64,000 nt of DNA from Pseudomonadota bacterium. Lineage in GTDB: Bacteria > Pseudomonadota > Gammaproteobacteria > Eutrophobiales > Eutrophobiaceae. Where the stretch lies: NCBI GenBank assembly GCA_038142205.1, contig JAYQJO010000001.1, forward strand, positions 678,527-742,526, given 5' to 3'. How positions within the stretch are numbered: position 1 is the first letter of the stretch; every line of letters begins with the position of its first letter. Positions 32,087 through 41,673 of this stretch are shown here, one piece after another. A program made the translations under genes and the position numbers. The notes under the pieces were generated by a model that was not told where the DNA came from, made no database searches, and was given only the letters and a program-made list of their open reading frames with translations.

Positions 32087-33540
32087 CTATCCGCGCATCC
32101 AGTTATGAAATTTTTCTACGAGTTTCAATAGACCTTGTGGCGCATTAGCTTTTTTCCAGACACCCGCCGTAAATTTATTGGCTTCTGATAGCGTAGGGTA
32201 GATATGTATCGTACCTAGTATCTTGTTCATGCCAAAGCCGTGTTTCATGGCACTGATGTATTCAGTTATTAATTCACCGGCATGATCACCAATAATCGTA
32301 ACGCCCAGTATTTTATCTTTGCCGGGAACGGTTAATACTTTAACAGAGCCATGAGCTTCGCTTTCGGCAATAGCGCGATCCAAATCATCAATTCCATAGC
32401 GTGTTACTTCATAAGCTATGCCTTTTTCCTTTGCTTCCAGTTCATTTAAACCGACGCGAGCGACTTCTGGATCAGTAAAGGTTGCCCAGGGAATAACAGA
32501 GTAATCCACTTTGAATTTTTTGAACTTGCCAAATAAGGCATTGACGGATGCATACCAAGCTTGGTGAGCAGCGGTATGGGTAAATTGATAAGGCCCGGCA
32601 ACATCGCCGCAAGCATAGATATTAGGAATAGAGCTTTGTAATTTTTCGTTTACGCGTATTGTTTTGTTTGGGTTTAACTCAACGCCGAGTTCTTCCAATC
32701 CGAAACCGCTGGTGTTTGCTGCGCGACCTACCGCAACAAGAATTTCATCAAACTCTATCTCAACTGTTTGTTCATTATACTCACAGACGAGTACCTTTTG
32801 TCCGTCACGATTAATCACTTCTTTTGCTAAATGATTCGTTCGAACATCAACGCCTTCATCAAGAAAACGTTGATTAACCATGGCGGATATCTCTTCATCT
32901 TCCCTGATCATTATACGCGGTAACATTTCAATTTGTGTTACTTGACTGCCTAAACGACAAAATGCCTGTGTTAACTCACAACCGATGGGTCCGCCGCCTA
33001 GAACAACAAGCCGTTTGGGTAAATCACGCATTTCCCAGAGATTGTCCGAAGTCAGGTAATTAATTTCATTTAATCCTTTTATCGGTGGGACAAATGGACG
33101 TGCGCCAGTAGCGATAATTATGCTACGCGTGCTCAGCGTTTTGCCATTGACTTCAACAGTCCAGGGAGAGGTTATCTTTGCTTCACCTTCAATGCACTCA
33201 ACGCCCAGGCTTTCATAACGTTCGATTGAATCATGTGGTTCAATTTTTTTTATCGTTGACTGAACACGTTCCATAACAGCAGTAAAGTCTATATTGGACT
33301 CAGGAACATTAATGCCAAATTCATCTGCACGTTTTATCAGTGATGCAACTTTGGCTGATTTGATGAGTGCTTTCGATGGAACACAACCCGTATTTAAACA
33401 GTCGCCTCCCATCTTATGTTTTTCTATTAGTGTGACCTTTGCATTTATTGCTGCAGCAATATAGGCCGAGACAAGACCGGCAGACCCCCACCAATGACAA
33501 TTAAATTACGATCAAATTTATTCGGTTTGGCTTGGCTCAC
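32087..33540 (-). CDS. FAD-dependent pyridine nucleotide-disulfide oxidoreductase (lipoamide dehydrogenase/MerA-like fold). The N-terminus is displaced by a -1 frame change in a C5 run at 33485-33489.
   Basis: The 441-aa ORF starts at 'MGGDCLNTGCVPSK' (the CxxxxC redox disulfide) and lacks an FAD-binding GxGxxG. Upstream, in another frame, is 'KFDRNLIVIGGG', then after the G/C run 'SAGLVSAYIAAAINAKVTLIEKHK'. A G6 in place of G5 restores 'VIGGGSAGLVSAY'. The probable GTG start at 33538-33540 overlaps the stop of the DedA gene. Confidence 0.7.
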
Positions 33541-34274
33541 TTTGAAACTTCGCTTTCTGCTTCTGTCGTGGACTCAAGCAAATCATTTTCACTTTCTTCA
33601 CGCTTGTTTCTTATATAAGTGATAGTTTTCTTCGCAACTAGTGGAAACAGGCCTAATAATATAAATGAGAAAATAAGTTCGGGTGATAACACATCAGCCA
33701 GTGATTCTATCTTGGCTAATTGTGTGCCTGCATTAACGAAAATCATGCTCGGCAAAAACATGGCGACTTGACTAATCAAAGCATAATTAATGGTTTTAAT
33801 CGGAGTCAGCGCCATCAGGTTGTTGACGACGAAAAATGGAAAGATCGGTACCAGACGTATGGTAAATAAATATAAATTACCTTCTTTACGTATACCTTCA
33901 TTTATCGGTTCAATATATTTCTTAAATTTTTCCTGAACATAATCATGAAATAAATAACGTGCGACCAAAAAGGCAAGGGTGGCACCAATTACCGAGGCAA
34001 AAGAAACCAGTATCGTTCCCCATACAACACCGAAAATGGCGCCCGCAGCTAGCGTCATAATGCCTGCCCCGGGTAGTGAGACGCCGGTGACAACAATATA
34101 GCTTATAAAAAAGATTAAACCTGTTTGTATCGGGTTTTGTTGATAATAATTGTTGATCGCTTCCTGTTGTGATTTTACATAAGCGAGGTTGAGGTATTGA
34201 CCCAGATCAAAGCTTAAAAACAGAGCAATAATGGCAATAAAAACGCCGACGATAATTATTTTTTTATTTTTCAT
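33537..34274 (-). CDS. DedA / TVP38-TMEM64 family membrane protein.
   Basis: 245 aa polytopic protein. 'FLPSMIFVNAGTQ' and the 'GxxxM/GxxxG' re-entrant loops 'LPGAGIMTLAAGAIFG' are typical of DedA. Confidence 0.8.
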   Translation of the reverse strand: MKNKKIIIVGVFIAIIALFLSFDLGQYLNLAYVKSQQEAINNYYQQNPIQTGLIFFISYIVVTGVSLPGAGIMTLAAGAIFGVVWGTILVSFASVIGATLAFLVARYLFHDYVQEKFKKYIEPINEGIRKEGNLYLFTIRLVPIFPFFVVNNLMALTPIKTINYALISQVAMFLPSMIFVNAGTQLAKIESLADVLSPELIFSFILLGLFPLVAKKTITYIRNKREESENDLLESTTEAESEVSK

Positions 34275-34347
34275 ATGAGTGCTTAGAGTGTCCTCTCGAC
34301 ATTAGTTCCATTTAGCTTGTGACGGGTTAATCATACAGCAATACAAC

Positions 34348-34390
34348 GAAAAAAGGCTGTAGGGCAGTCACCCTACAGCCTTTTAATTTT
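34348..34390. terminator. Rho-independent terminator hairpin (an 11-bp perfect stem flanked by A- and T-runs).
   Basis: AAAA-AGGCTGTAGGG-cagtca-CCCTACAGCCT-TTTAATTTT. It lies immediately downstream of the minus-strand ORF 34406-34693. Confidence 0.6.
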
Positions 34391-34405
34391 AAGCCATATT
34401 TTAAT

Positions 34406-34693
34406 TCATACCATGCTGAATAGTATGCCGGCAACAGAACTCGGTTTTTTATTTTGGAATAATAATGATTTTATATAGTTGAATGGGTTGAGGCGTAATT
34501 TCTCGAGTTTCCTTTCAGTTTTTAATTCATACTCTTTAGCAAAAGCATTATGAAAGACCAAGTCATTTAACGAAACATGTTTATGGATCCTGTTGCTTAT
34601 TTGCCCCATTTCAGGAACAAACATCCAACGCGAATTATCACTGCGGCAACAATAGCCTTTTAGTCCTAGATACCAACATTGATAAACGTTCAT
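34406..34693 (-). CDS. Hypothetical small protein (95 aa).
   Basis: An ORF followed within 20 bp by a strong terminator hairpin. No recognisable domain. Confidence 0.35.
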   Translation of the reverse strand: MNVYQCWYLGLKGYCCRSDNSRWMFVPEMGQISNRIHKHVSLNDLVFHNAFAKEYELKTERKLEKLRLNPFNYIKSLLFQNKKPSSVAGILFSMV

Positions 34694-34993
34694 AGTGAAT
34701 GCTCCTCACTCTTTTTTTATTCTTATTTCTGCAATAGATATACCGTAAACTAATATCACAGATCGTGTTTTAATTATTTTGTGATATCAATCACAATATT
34801 TATATTAAAATATTTTAAAAATCAATGAGATAACTATTTAATATTAGAGTGGAAATAACTGAAAACGACGATGTTGTGGTTAGGTTTAATCGAAGATACT
34901 AAATATTGTGTCGTAGACTGATGACATAGTTTTTGGATTCTTTTCATTAAAAAGGTAGGATACAAGTCTAAAAGGAACAATATTAAAAATAAA

Positions 34994-35626
34994 ATGATAA
35001 AAAAATACGCTATCTCTCTCCTTCTTTCTTTAGTCTCAATAAGTGTTTTTGCTGCTGATTTAAGTAGCCCTACTGGACGTGTTAAGGACTCGGTTGATAA
35101 AGTCCTGAAAGTTTTAAAGGATGAATCGCTGGATCGCGAAGCACGCTGGAGCAAAATTGGCATTGTTATTAATGACAGTTTTGATTTTCGCAGTATGTCA
35201 CAAAGCATATTGGCCACGAACTGGAAAAAAGCAACGCCAGAAGAACGCCAGCAGTTTGTTGTTTTCTTTTCGCAGTATCTTGAAGATACCTACCGAACCA
35301 AGATCGAAGCCTATACCAATCAGAGAATTGAATTCACTGGAGAAACGATTCGGGGTAAGAAAGCCGTCGTTGAAACAGTCATTATTACTGATAACTCTGA
35401 AATACCCATTAATTATAAATTAAAAAATAATGATGGTTTTTGGTATGCGTATGACGTTGTTATTGAAGGTATCAGTCTTGTAAGCAATTACAGAAGTACG
35501 TTTTCCGCGATTGTTAAAAATGATGGAATGGGTGGCTTATTAAACGACATTCAAAGTCGTGTTAATAAATATAAGGCATCTCAGAAAGAAACGCCGGCAA
35601 AAGAAGAGTTATCAGAGGATAGCTAA
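34994..35626 (+). CDS. mlaC: Phospholipid-binding periplasmic protein MlaC (Ttg2D family).
   Basis: A signal peptide is present. 'ATPEERQQFVVFFSQYLEDTY' aligns with E. coli MlaC '[21 protein letters not shown]'. 'FWYAYDVVIEGISLVSNYRSTF' aligns with '[21 protein letters not shown]'. Confidence 0.8.
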   Translation: MIKKYAISLLLSLVSISVFAADLSSPTGRVKDSVDKVLKVLKDESLDREARWSKIGIVINDSFDFRSMSQSILATNWKKATPEERQQFVVFFSQYLEDTYRTKIEAYTNQRIEFTGETIRGKKAVVETVIITDNSEIPINYKLKNNDGFWYAYDVVIEGISLVSNYRSTFSAIVKNDGMGGLLNDIQSRVNKYKASQKETPAKEELSEDS

Positions 35627-35654
35627 AGATAATCGGTAGATAATCAGTAAAATA

Positions 35655-36110
35655 TTATTTATCTCCTGATTCAAAAATATATTTACTGATTAACTCTTCA
35701 AGGTTGATTGACGGTTCGGTTTCAATGATTTCCATACCTGCTTCAACCATATCTTCACTACCACCAGCTGAAATTTTTATAAATTTATCACCGATAATAC
35801 CAGCGGTTCTTATTGATGCGATAGAGTCATCTGGTATTAGTATTTCTTTTGGTATACTTATACTGACATCAGCGAGATAGTTTTCCGTATCAAACTCAAT
35901 CCTTTTTACTTTACCAACAGTAACGCCTGCTATCTCGACGTAAGCGCCTTCACGTAAACCTGAGGCAGATGTAAATTTGGCTTTAATGACATATTCATCG
36001 TTATTAAATAAACCTACATCACCTAAACGTAATGCAAGAAAAGAAATAGCAATAATGCCAGCAAGCATGAATATGCCGACTAAGAGTTCTGTATGTTGTT
36101 TATCGTTCAT
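35655..36110 (-). CDS. mlaD: MCE-domain protein MlaD.
   Basis: 151 aa. An N-terminal TM anchor is followed by an MCE domain ('KFTSASGLREGAYVEIAGVTVGKV'). Confidence 0.85.
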   Translation of the reverse strand: MNDKQHTELLVGIFMLAGIIAISFLALRLGDVGLFNNDEYVIKAKFTSASGLREGAYVEIAGVTVGKVKRIEFDTENYLADVSISIPKEILIPDDSIASIRTAGIIGDKFIKISAGGSEDMVEAGMEIIETEPSINLEELISKYIFESGDK

Positions 36111-36114
36111 AATT

Positions 36115-36903
36115 TTATAATATCAATGCACTGATTAAGTAATCACTAAAAAGAACTGCCATCGAAGAGAGGACAACAGATTCGGTTGTAATTCGACTTA
36201 CGCCATCCGAGCCATAGGCACCACGATTATCTATATGTAAATTAAATCCTTTATCGCATGCTATCCAGACAATTAATAAACCAAACACAATCGACTTGGA
36301 AAAACACATTAATATATCCCGGTTTAATATCGTGTCGGCCATGCCTTGAAAAAAAGAACCAGGACTGACACCAAATAAAATAACTCCGACAAAATAACCA
36401 CCGAAAACACCAACGACAATGAATATTGCTGTCAATATCGGTACGCAAATAACACCGGCTAATATTCGCGGAGCAAATAAATAACGGTAAGGATCAATTG
36501 CCATGCATTCCAATGCATCAATCTGGTTGTCAACACGCATAATACCGATTTCTGCACACATGGCTGAACCTGCACGTCCAATTACCATTAATGCTGTGAT
36601 TACGGGACCTAGCTCTCGAATCAGGCTTAAACCAACAGCGGAACCGAGTAAGCTAATGGAGCCAAAACGAAGTAATGTATCGTAGAACTGTAAAGCGATA
36701 ACCATACCGACAAACAAACCTGCAACAACAATAACCAACATCGAACGTGCGCCAATAAATGCAATTTGTTTGATTAGTGGTTTTAAAGAATAGGGCGGAG
36801 ATAAAATAGCTAAAATAGTTTCGTATAAAAATAATCCGGCAGTACCGAGACGTATCAATCGGTTTTCTATAGCAGATAGCGGTCGGACTTTAGTAGCGTT
36901 CAT
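36115..36903 (-). CDS. mlaE: ABC permease MlaE.
   Basis: 262 aa. MlaE/Ttg2B family, with 'GPVITALMVIGRAGSAMCAEIGIMRV..QIDALE'. Confidence 0.85.
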   Translation of the reverse strand: MNATKVRPLSAIENRLIRLGTAGLFLYETILAILSPPYSLKPLIKQIAFIGARSMLVIVVAGLFVGMVIALQFYDTLLRFGSISLLGSAVGLSLIRELGPVITALMVIGRAGSAMCAEIGIMRVDNQIDALECMAIDPYRYLFAPRILAGVICVPILTAIFIVVGVFGGYFVGVILFGVSPGSFFQGMADTILNRDILMCFSKSIVFGLLIVWIACDKGFNLHIDNRGAYGSDGVSRITTESVVLSSMAVLFSDYLISALIL

Positions 36904-37700
36904 TTATTTACGCGTCAGTTTATCTAGATAGTCATCTGCATCAACCATGTCTTCCATGGCCTTGCGTTCGAGCATATTGACAATTCTTGGGTCAGGCGAT
37001 TTTCTGATTATGTTTTTATCACCGGTAATAATCTGATGACCGTCATCCAATACAGTAATTCGATCTGCAATTTTAAAAGCACTATCCAGATCATGCGTGA
37101 CAACAACAATGGTCATATTAAGAGCATCACGTAATTGCAAAATTAAATCATCAAGTTCAGCCGAAGTAACCGGGTCAAGACCTGCTGAAGGTTCATCAAA
37201 AAAAGTACTTCCGGATCCATCACAACAGCTCTGGCTAAACCTGCTCGTTTTAACATGCCACCAGATAGTTCAGCAGGCATGAGTGTTTCACTATCACCTA
37301 AATTCATTAATTCAAGTTTAAGGCGAGACATAATGCGTATTGTATTTTTATCAAGCTTGGTGTGTTCGTGTAAAGGCAGTTCTACGTTTTCCTGAAGTGT
37401 CATCGAGCTGAATAAGGCGCCATTTTGAAAAGCAACGCCAATCCTACGTCGTAAAGCGTGCAACTCTTTCGTTTTTAGACGAGTTACTTCTTCATTCAGT
37501 AGTTTGATTGAACCTGATTTGGGTTTATTCAGGCCTATCATATGTCTTAATAGTGTACTTTTACCGGAGCCGCTATGCCCCATGATGACCATGATTTCCT
37601 TGTGGACTACATTTAAAGAAATATTCGACAGAATTTGTCTATCGCCATACCAGGTATTTAAACCTTCTATTTCAATAATGTTTTCCGGTGTTTCACTCAT
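36904..37700 (-). CDS. mlaF: ABC ATPase MlaF, interrupted by a -1 frame change in an A7/T7 run at 37198-37204.
   Basis: ORF 37143-37700 carries Walker A 'GHSGSGKST' and the signature 'LSGGMLKRAGLARA'. It then reads 'DPEVLF|LMNLQQ...'. The expected 'DPEVLFFDEPSAGLDP...' is restored when the run is T8. The downstream ORF 36904-37140 carries the H-loop 'VVVTHDL'. Confidence 0.75.
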
Positions 37701-37774
37701 GATATTTAATCGTTGAATTTACCAGAGCTATGATGCCAGAAAATATGAGCTCTGGCACGATGATGATTGAATTA

Positions 37775-39247
37775 TTATAAAGAAGGGTTTGTTATACGAC
37801 TGCTTATCTGTTTTGCCAATTGTAATGATTCATTCAACTCGATTTCGGATAGTTCACTTTTAAGCCTGTCTCTGCGATGTAAATCCATTGCATTTCCAGT
37901 GTAGGCAACTACTTCATACCATGCCAATGCTTGCACCTTATTTTGTTCTACTCCTGTACCATTGAGGTACATTGTTGCCATATTTCTTTGAGCAATGGTA
38001 TGGCCTTGTTCAGCTGCTTTTCGATACCATTCGGCGGCCTGTTTATTATCTTGCCGCACGCCTTCACCATATGCGAATGCAACGCCCAGCTTATATTGTG
38101 CAAGTACATAACCTTGTTCTGCTGCTTCATAAAAAAGATTAAAAGCAGTGCGATCATTCTGAGGAACACCATCACCAAAAGTATAGGCTAAAGCTTGCTC
38201 ATATAACGCTTCAACAGAGTTATCATTTTCAGTTTGTTCATCATCAAGACTAACTAATTGTGAAGTGTTAGTTGTTTCTACTTCTGTTTCTTCAATAATA
38301 GCTACTTGTGTTTTTTGTATATTAGCAAGATTGTGCTCAGCTGAAGTATGTCCTTGTTCTGCTGCCATGGCATACCATTCTGCAGCTTGCTCATCGTTTT
38401 GTTCGACACCTTCTCCCATTAACTACATGTTGCCTAAACTGTACTGCGCATCAATATTGCCTTGTTGCGCCGCGCGTCTATACCAAAGCGCGGCTTGAAT
38501 GTAGTCTTGTTTAACATCATTACTCGCATAATATAACGTGCCTAATTGATACTGAGCATCAGCATCACCTTGCGTAGCTAATGAACGGATACGATCTATT
38601 TCAGACAATGTTGGAACATTTTCGGCAAGTTCTTCATTAACTGTTGTTTCAATTTCTGTTGTAGATTCGATAGTTTCACTATCAGCTAAGGCAATAGTTT
38701 CTGTGTTTTCATCACTACTACCGAATAAGCGTGAAAAGAACCCAGGTGATTCTTCCTCTATAGCAGGTTCACTTATTTCTATATCAGCGATTAATCCAGA
38801 CTCTTCATTAGAAGCAAGTTCAAATGTTTCTATAGGCTCTTCAACTATTTCTTCGGCACTTGCTGTTTTTGTTTCTGTAGTAACGATTTCTTCATCATTT
38901 ACAGATTCTACTTCTTTTATTTCATTCGTTGTTTGAAGAGCGATAGCATCAACGTCTTCTTTCGTTTTTTGTTGGTCATCATTACCAAATAACCGTGAAA
39001 AGAAACCTGGTGAATTTTCTTTTTCTGCTATCGTTGTGTTATTGGGTTCTATCTCTGTTATTAACTCTGTTTCTTCTTCATTAAAAATAACTTCGTTTTC
39101 TATTGTTTCATCTACGATTGTAGTCTTTTCGACTTCAACAACTTTATTTTCTTCTGTTTCGTCAGTCTCTAAAGTTGCAAAATCATCTTGTTTTTCTTCT
39201 TCCTCATTAATTGCCTCAGTTTTTGCTGTTTCTTGTTCTGTTGCCAA
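37775..39247 (-). pseudogene. Sel1-repeat protein with an in-frame TAG at 38423-38425. The N-terminal half is acidic low-complexity and contains two 'SPGFFSRLFG' motifs. It may be the continuation of the upstream Sel1 gene.
   Basis: ORFs 38423-39247 and 37775-38419 are in the same frame, separated only by the TAG. Read through, the sequence is 'AQYSLGNM-*-LMGEGVEQNDEQAAEWYAMAAEQGH', a canonical Sel1 repeat in which Tyr (TAY) is replaced by TAG. Upstream there is no ATG. The frame is open back to the A7 run at 39298-39304. Confidence 0.6.
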
Positions 39248-39285
39248 CGCATCAAGTTTTAACTGATTTTCTCTGTTTAATGCTT

Positions 39286-41136
39286 CTAATTTTTCCAGGT
39301 TTTCAAGATTTTTTTAGCAGCAGAATGTCCTTGGTCACTTGCCAAACTATACCATTTGGCAGCGTTCGCATTACTCTGCTCTACATTCTCCCCAAGAAGA
39401 TACATATTACCTATGCTGTATTGTGCATCAACATTGCCTTGGTCGGCCGCTTTCTTATACCAGTTATAAGCTTGTTCTATGTCTTTATTAACGCCTTTAC
39501 CCACATAATAAAGAGAACCTAGATGAGCTTGCGCCTCATCATCTCCTGCGTCTGCTAATGCTTTAAAATGATTGTAAGCGTCATCATAATTATTATTAGC
39601 GAGAGCACGACGACCATCATCTATACTGTGCTGTTCTATATTTGTTTCTGCTTTTTCAGCTAGTCCAGTTTCTTCTACAACTGTTTGAGATTCTAATTCG
39701 GAAGTTTCAGTTTTGTTGCTACTAAACAAACGGCTAAAGAAACCACCTGATGGTTCTTTTTCTTCAGACGCTAAATCGTTTGAACTTCCTCCATTATCTA
39801 TTTCTTCTTGTGTTGTGTCTGCCCAGTTATTTTCAGCGGCCTCTATTTGTCCTTCGGTTTCTTCTACCTGAGTAGCGAGTTCTATTTCTTTTTCTTCATT
39901 ATCTATTTCTTCCTGTGTTGTATCTGCACTGTTATTTTCAGCAACGTTAATTTGTTCTTCTGTTTCCATTGCTTCTGTCTTTTTAATGTCAGGTTCAGCA
40001 GTAATTTCTTCAACAGGTTTTTGTTTAATAACTTCTGTAACTATTTCTTCTTCAGGTTTATCTGCTATTTCATTTTTAGCAATTATCTTTTCAACTTCAG
40101 GTTCGACCGTCGTTTCTATAGTTGCTTCCGGTTTTACAATATCCAGTTCAGATTCATCAAGTGATAATAATCCTTCTTTTTCTACACTGAACAAGGGTTC
40201 TTTTTTCGTTTCTTTAGATTCTTCAACTTGTTGTTGTGGCGTTTGTTCTATTTCAGCAATAGTTTCTTCTTCAACGGTATCTTCTATTACTTCTTGTTTT
40301 TTTGTTGGAGTAGACTCAGAGCTTGTTTCTGAAACTGAAGGTATTTCCGGTTTTGTTTGAATAGCACGCGTTGCAACGTTGGCTGCTGCGGAACGTTCTA
40401 AACTGGCTAATTCATTAGTTGCAGCAGCATAACCTTGATCTGATGATTGTCTGAACCAGCGTTTAGCTTGAGCATAGTTTTGTTCTACGCCTTTACCTGA
40501 ACGATACATAGTGCCATGGTTATATTGTGCTGTTGCATCACCGCGATCTGCTGCTAAACGGTACCAACGAACTGCCTGAGAATAATCCTGCTCTACACCT
40601 TCGCCTGTATGATACATACTGCCCAAATGAACTTGCGCGCGTGCATAACCTTGTTCCGCCGCTTTTTTGAACCAGCTTGCGGCTTCTTTCTGGTCTTGCG
40701 ACACACCTTCACCATAAGCATAAGAAATACCAAGACTGTATTGTGAAACGACATGTCCCTGTTCAGCGGCTCGACGGTACCAGATTGCAGCTTCTGTTAA
40801 ATTTTGTTTTACGCCTTCACCAAAAGCATAAGATACTGCGAGATTATATTGTGCATCGCGATTGCCTTGCGTTGCTGCTTTTCGATACCAAAAAACAGCA
40901 TTTTCAAAACTTTGAGGGACACCTTCGCCAGCATAATACATATAGCCGAGATTCGCTTGAGCGTTAGCATCACCGTTTTCAGCTAATTCCGTAAATTCTT
41001 TTACGGCCTTTTCATAGTCACCTCTGGAAAGTGCATTATTGGCGCTGTAAATATCTGCCTGAGCAGTGAAGGTGTATATTGAAAGTAGGGCGATTGACAG
41101 AAAACGTGTCATTGTTACCAATCCTTTATGAACCAT
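39286..41136 (-). CDS. Secreted Sel1-repeat protein. It has Sel1 repeats, then an acidic linker with 'GGFFSRLFS', then more Sel1 repeats.
   Basis: 616-aa ORF. The signal peptide is 'MTRFLSIALLSIYTFTAQA' (likely start ~41112). It has at least 10 Sel1 units of the type 'AQxxLGxMYxxGxGVxQDxxxAxxWYRKAAEQG'. Confidence 0.7.
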   Translation of the reverse strand: MVHKGLVTMTRFLSIALLSIYTFTAQADIYSANNALSRGDYEKAVKEFTELAENGDANAQANLGYMYYAGEGVPQSFENAVFWYRKAATQGNRDAQYNLAVSYAFGEGVKQNLTEAAIWYRRAAEQGHVVSQYSLGISYAYGEGVSQDQKEAASWFKKAAEQGYARAQVHLGSMYHTGEGVEQDYSQAVRWYRLAADRGDATAQYNHGTMYRSGKGVEQNYAQAKRWFRQSSDQGYAAATNELASLERSAAANVATRAIQTKPEIPSVSETSSESTPTKKQEVIEDTVEEETIAEIEQTPQQQVEESKETKKEPLFSVEKEGLLSLDESELDIVKPEATIETTVEPEVEKIIAKNEIADKPEEEIVTEVIKQKPVEEITAEPDIKKTEAMETEEQINVAENNSADTTQEEIDNEEKEIELATQVEETEGQIEAAENNWADTTQEEIDNGGSSNDLASEEKEPSGGFFSRLFSSNKTETSELESQTVVEETGLAEKAETNIEQHSIDDGRRALANNNYDDAYNHFKALADAGDDEAQAHLGSLYYVGKGVNKDIEQAYNWYKKAADQGNVDAQYSIGNMYLLGENVEQSNANAAKWYSLASDQGHSAAKKILKTWKN

Positions 41137-41287
41137 AAGAGATTTAATGTATAAGTCAGCGTTACAAGTGATTTTACGAAAACACAGTATATTTTGATGA
41201 ATTCACCGAATTGTAGTGTAAAAACAGCTTAAAAACACTATATATTGTGTTTTGTAGGCAAAAAACGGTATTTTTACCGTAATTTGA

Positions 41288-41608
41288 TCAAGCTAATAAA
41301 CCACCAATAAGTGCGCCGATCAATAAAGGTGGAATATAGAATACATAGAGCAGCAGTCCGCTACCCGCGAGTATTGCGCCAATAAAAGGTAGCGTCGTAA
41401 GCATTGTTCCAGCAAAGAACAAAGCAGCTCCAACAACAATACCCGGTAACATTGCTGCCATAATGCCTGCCATGATACCGCCTGCACGCTTACCACCAAC
41501 GATACCTGCAATCAGTGAACCGATACCCGGTAACCAAAATAAAAGGAGGGATATAATGAACATCCATATCATGCCCATTGTGATGCTGCCGTTATTACCG
41601 TCTGTCAT
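41288..41608 (-). CDS. Small Gly/Ala-rich integral membrane protein (106 aa).
   Basis: Three predicted TM helices rich in GxxxG-like spacing. No family recognised. Confidence 0.4.
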   Translation of the reverse strand: MTDGNNGSITMGMIWMFIISLLLFWLPGIGSLIAGIVGGKRAGGIMAGIMAAMLPGIVVGAALFFAGTMLTTLPFIGAILAGSGLLLYVFYIPPLLIGALIGGLLA

Positions 41609-41673
41609 TTGTCGAATCTCCAGATAATGATTATTACTTAATCCTGAATCGCACTGTAGTACAATTCAGATAG

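Noticed and set aside
38420-38425. Programmed stop-codon readthrough or a suppressor-decoded amber in the Sel1 gene.
   Set aside because: There is no sequence support such as a downstream readthrough context or recoding structure. The simplest reading is a TAY-to-TAG nonsense substitution. It is kept as a finding but not called a recoding site.
39808-40360. Plus-strand ORFs (118 and 124 aa) rich in Phe/Ser/Cys inside the Sel1 locus.
   Set aside because: They are antisense to a strongly supported Sel1-repeat gene. Their composition is an artefact of the acidic GAA/GAG-rich repeats on the coding strand.
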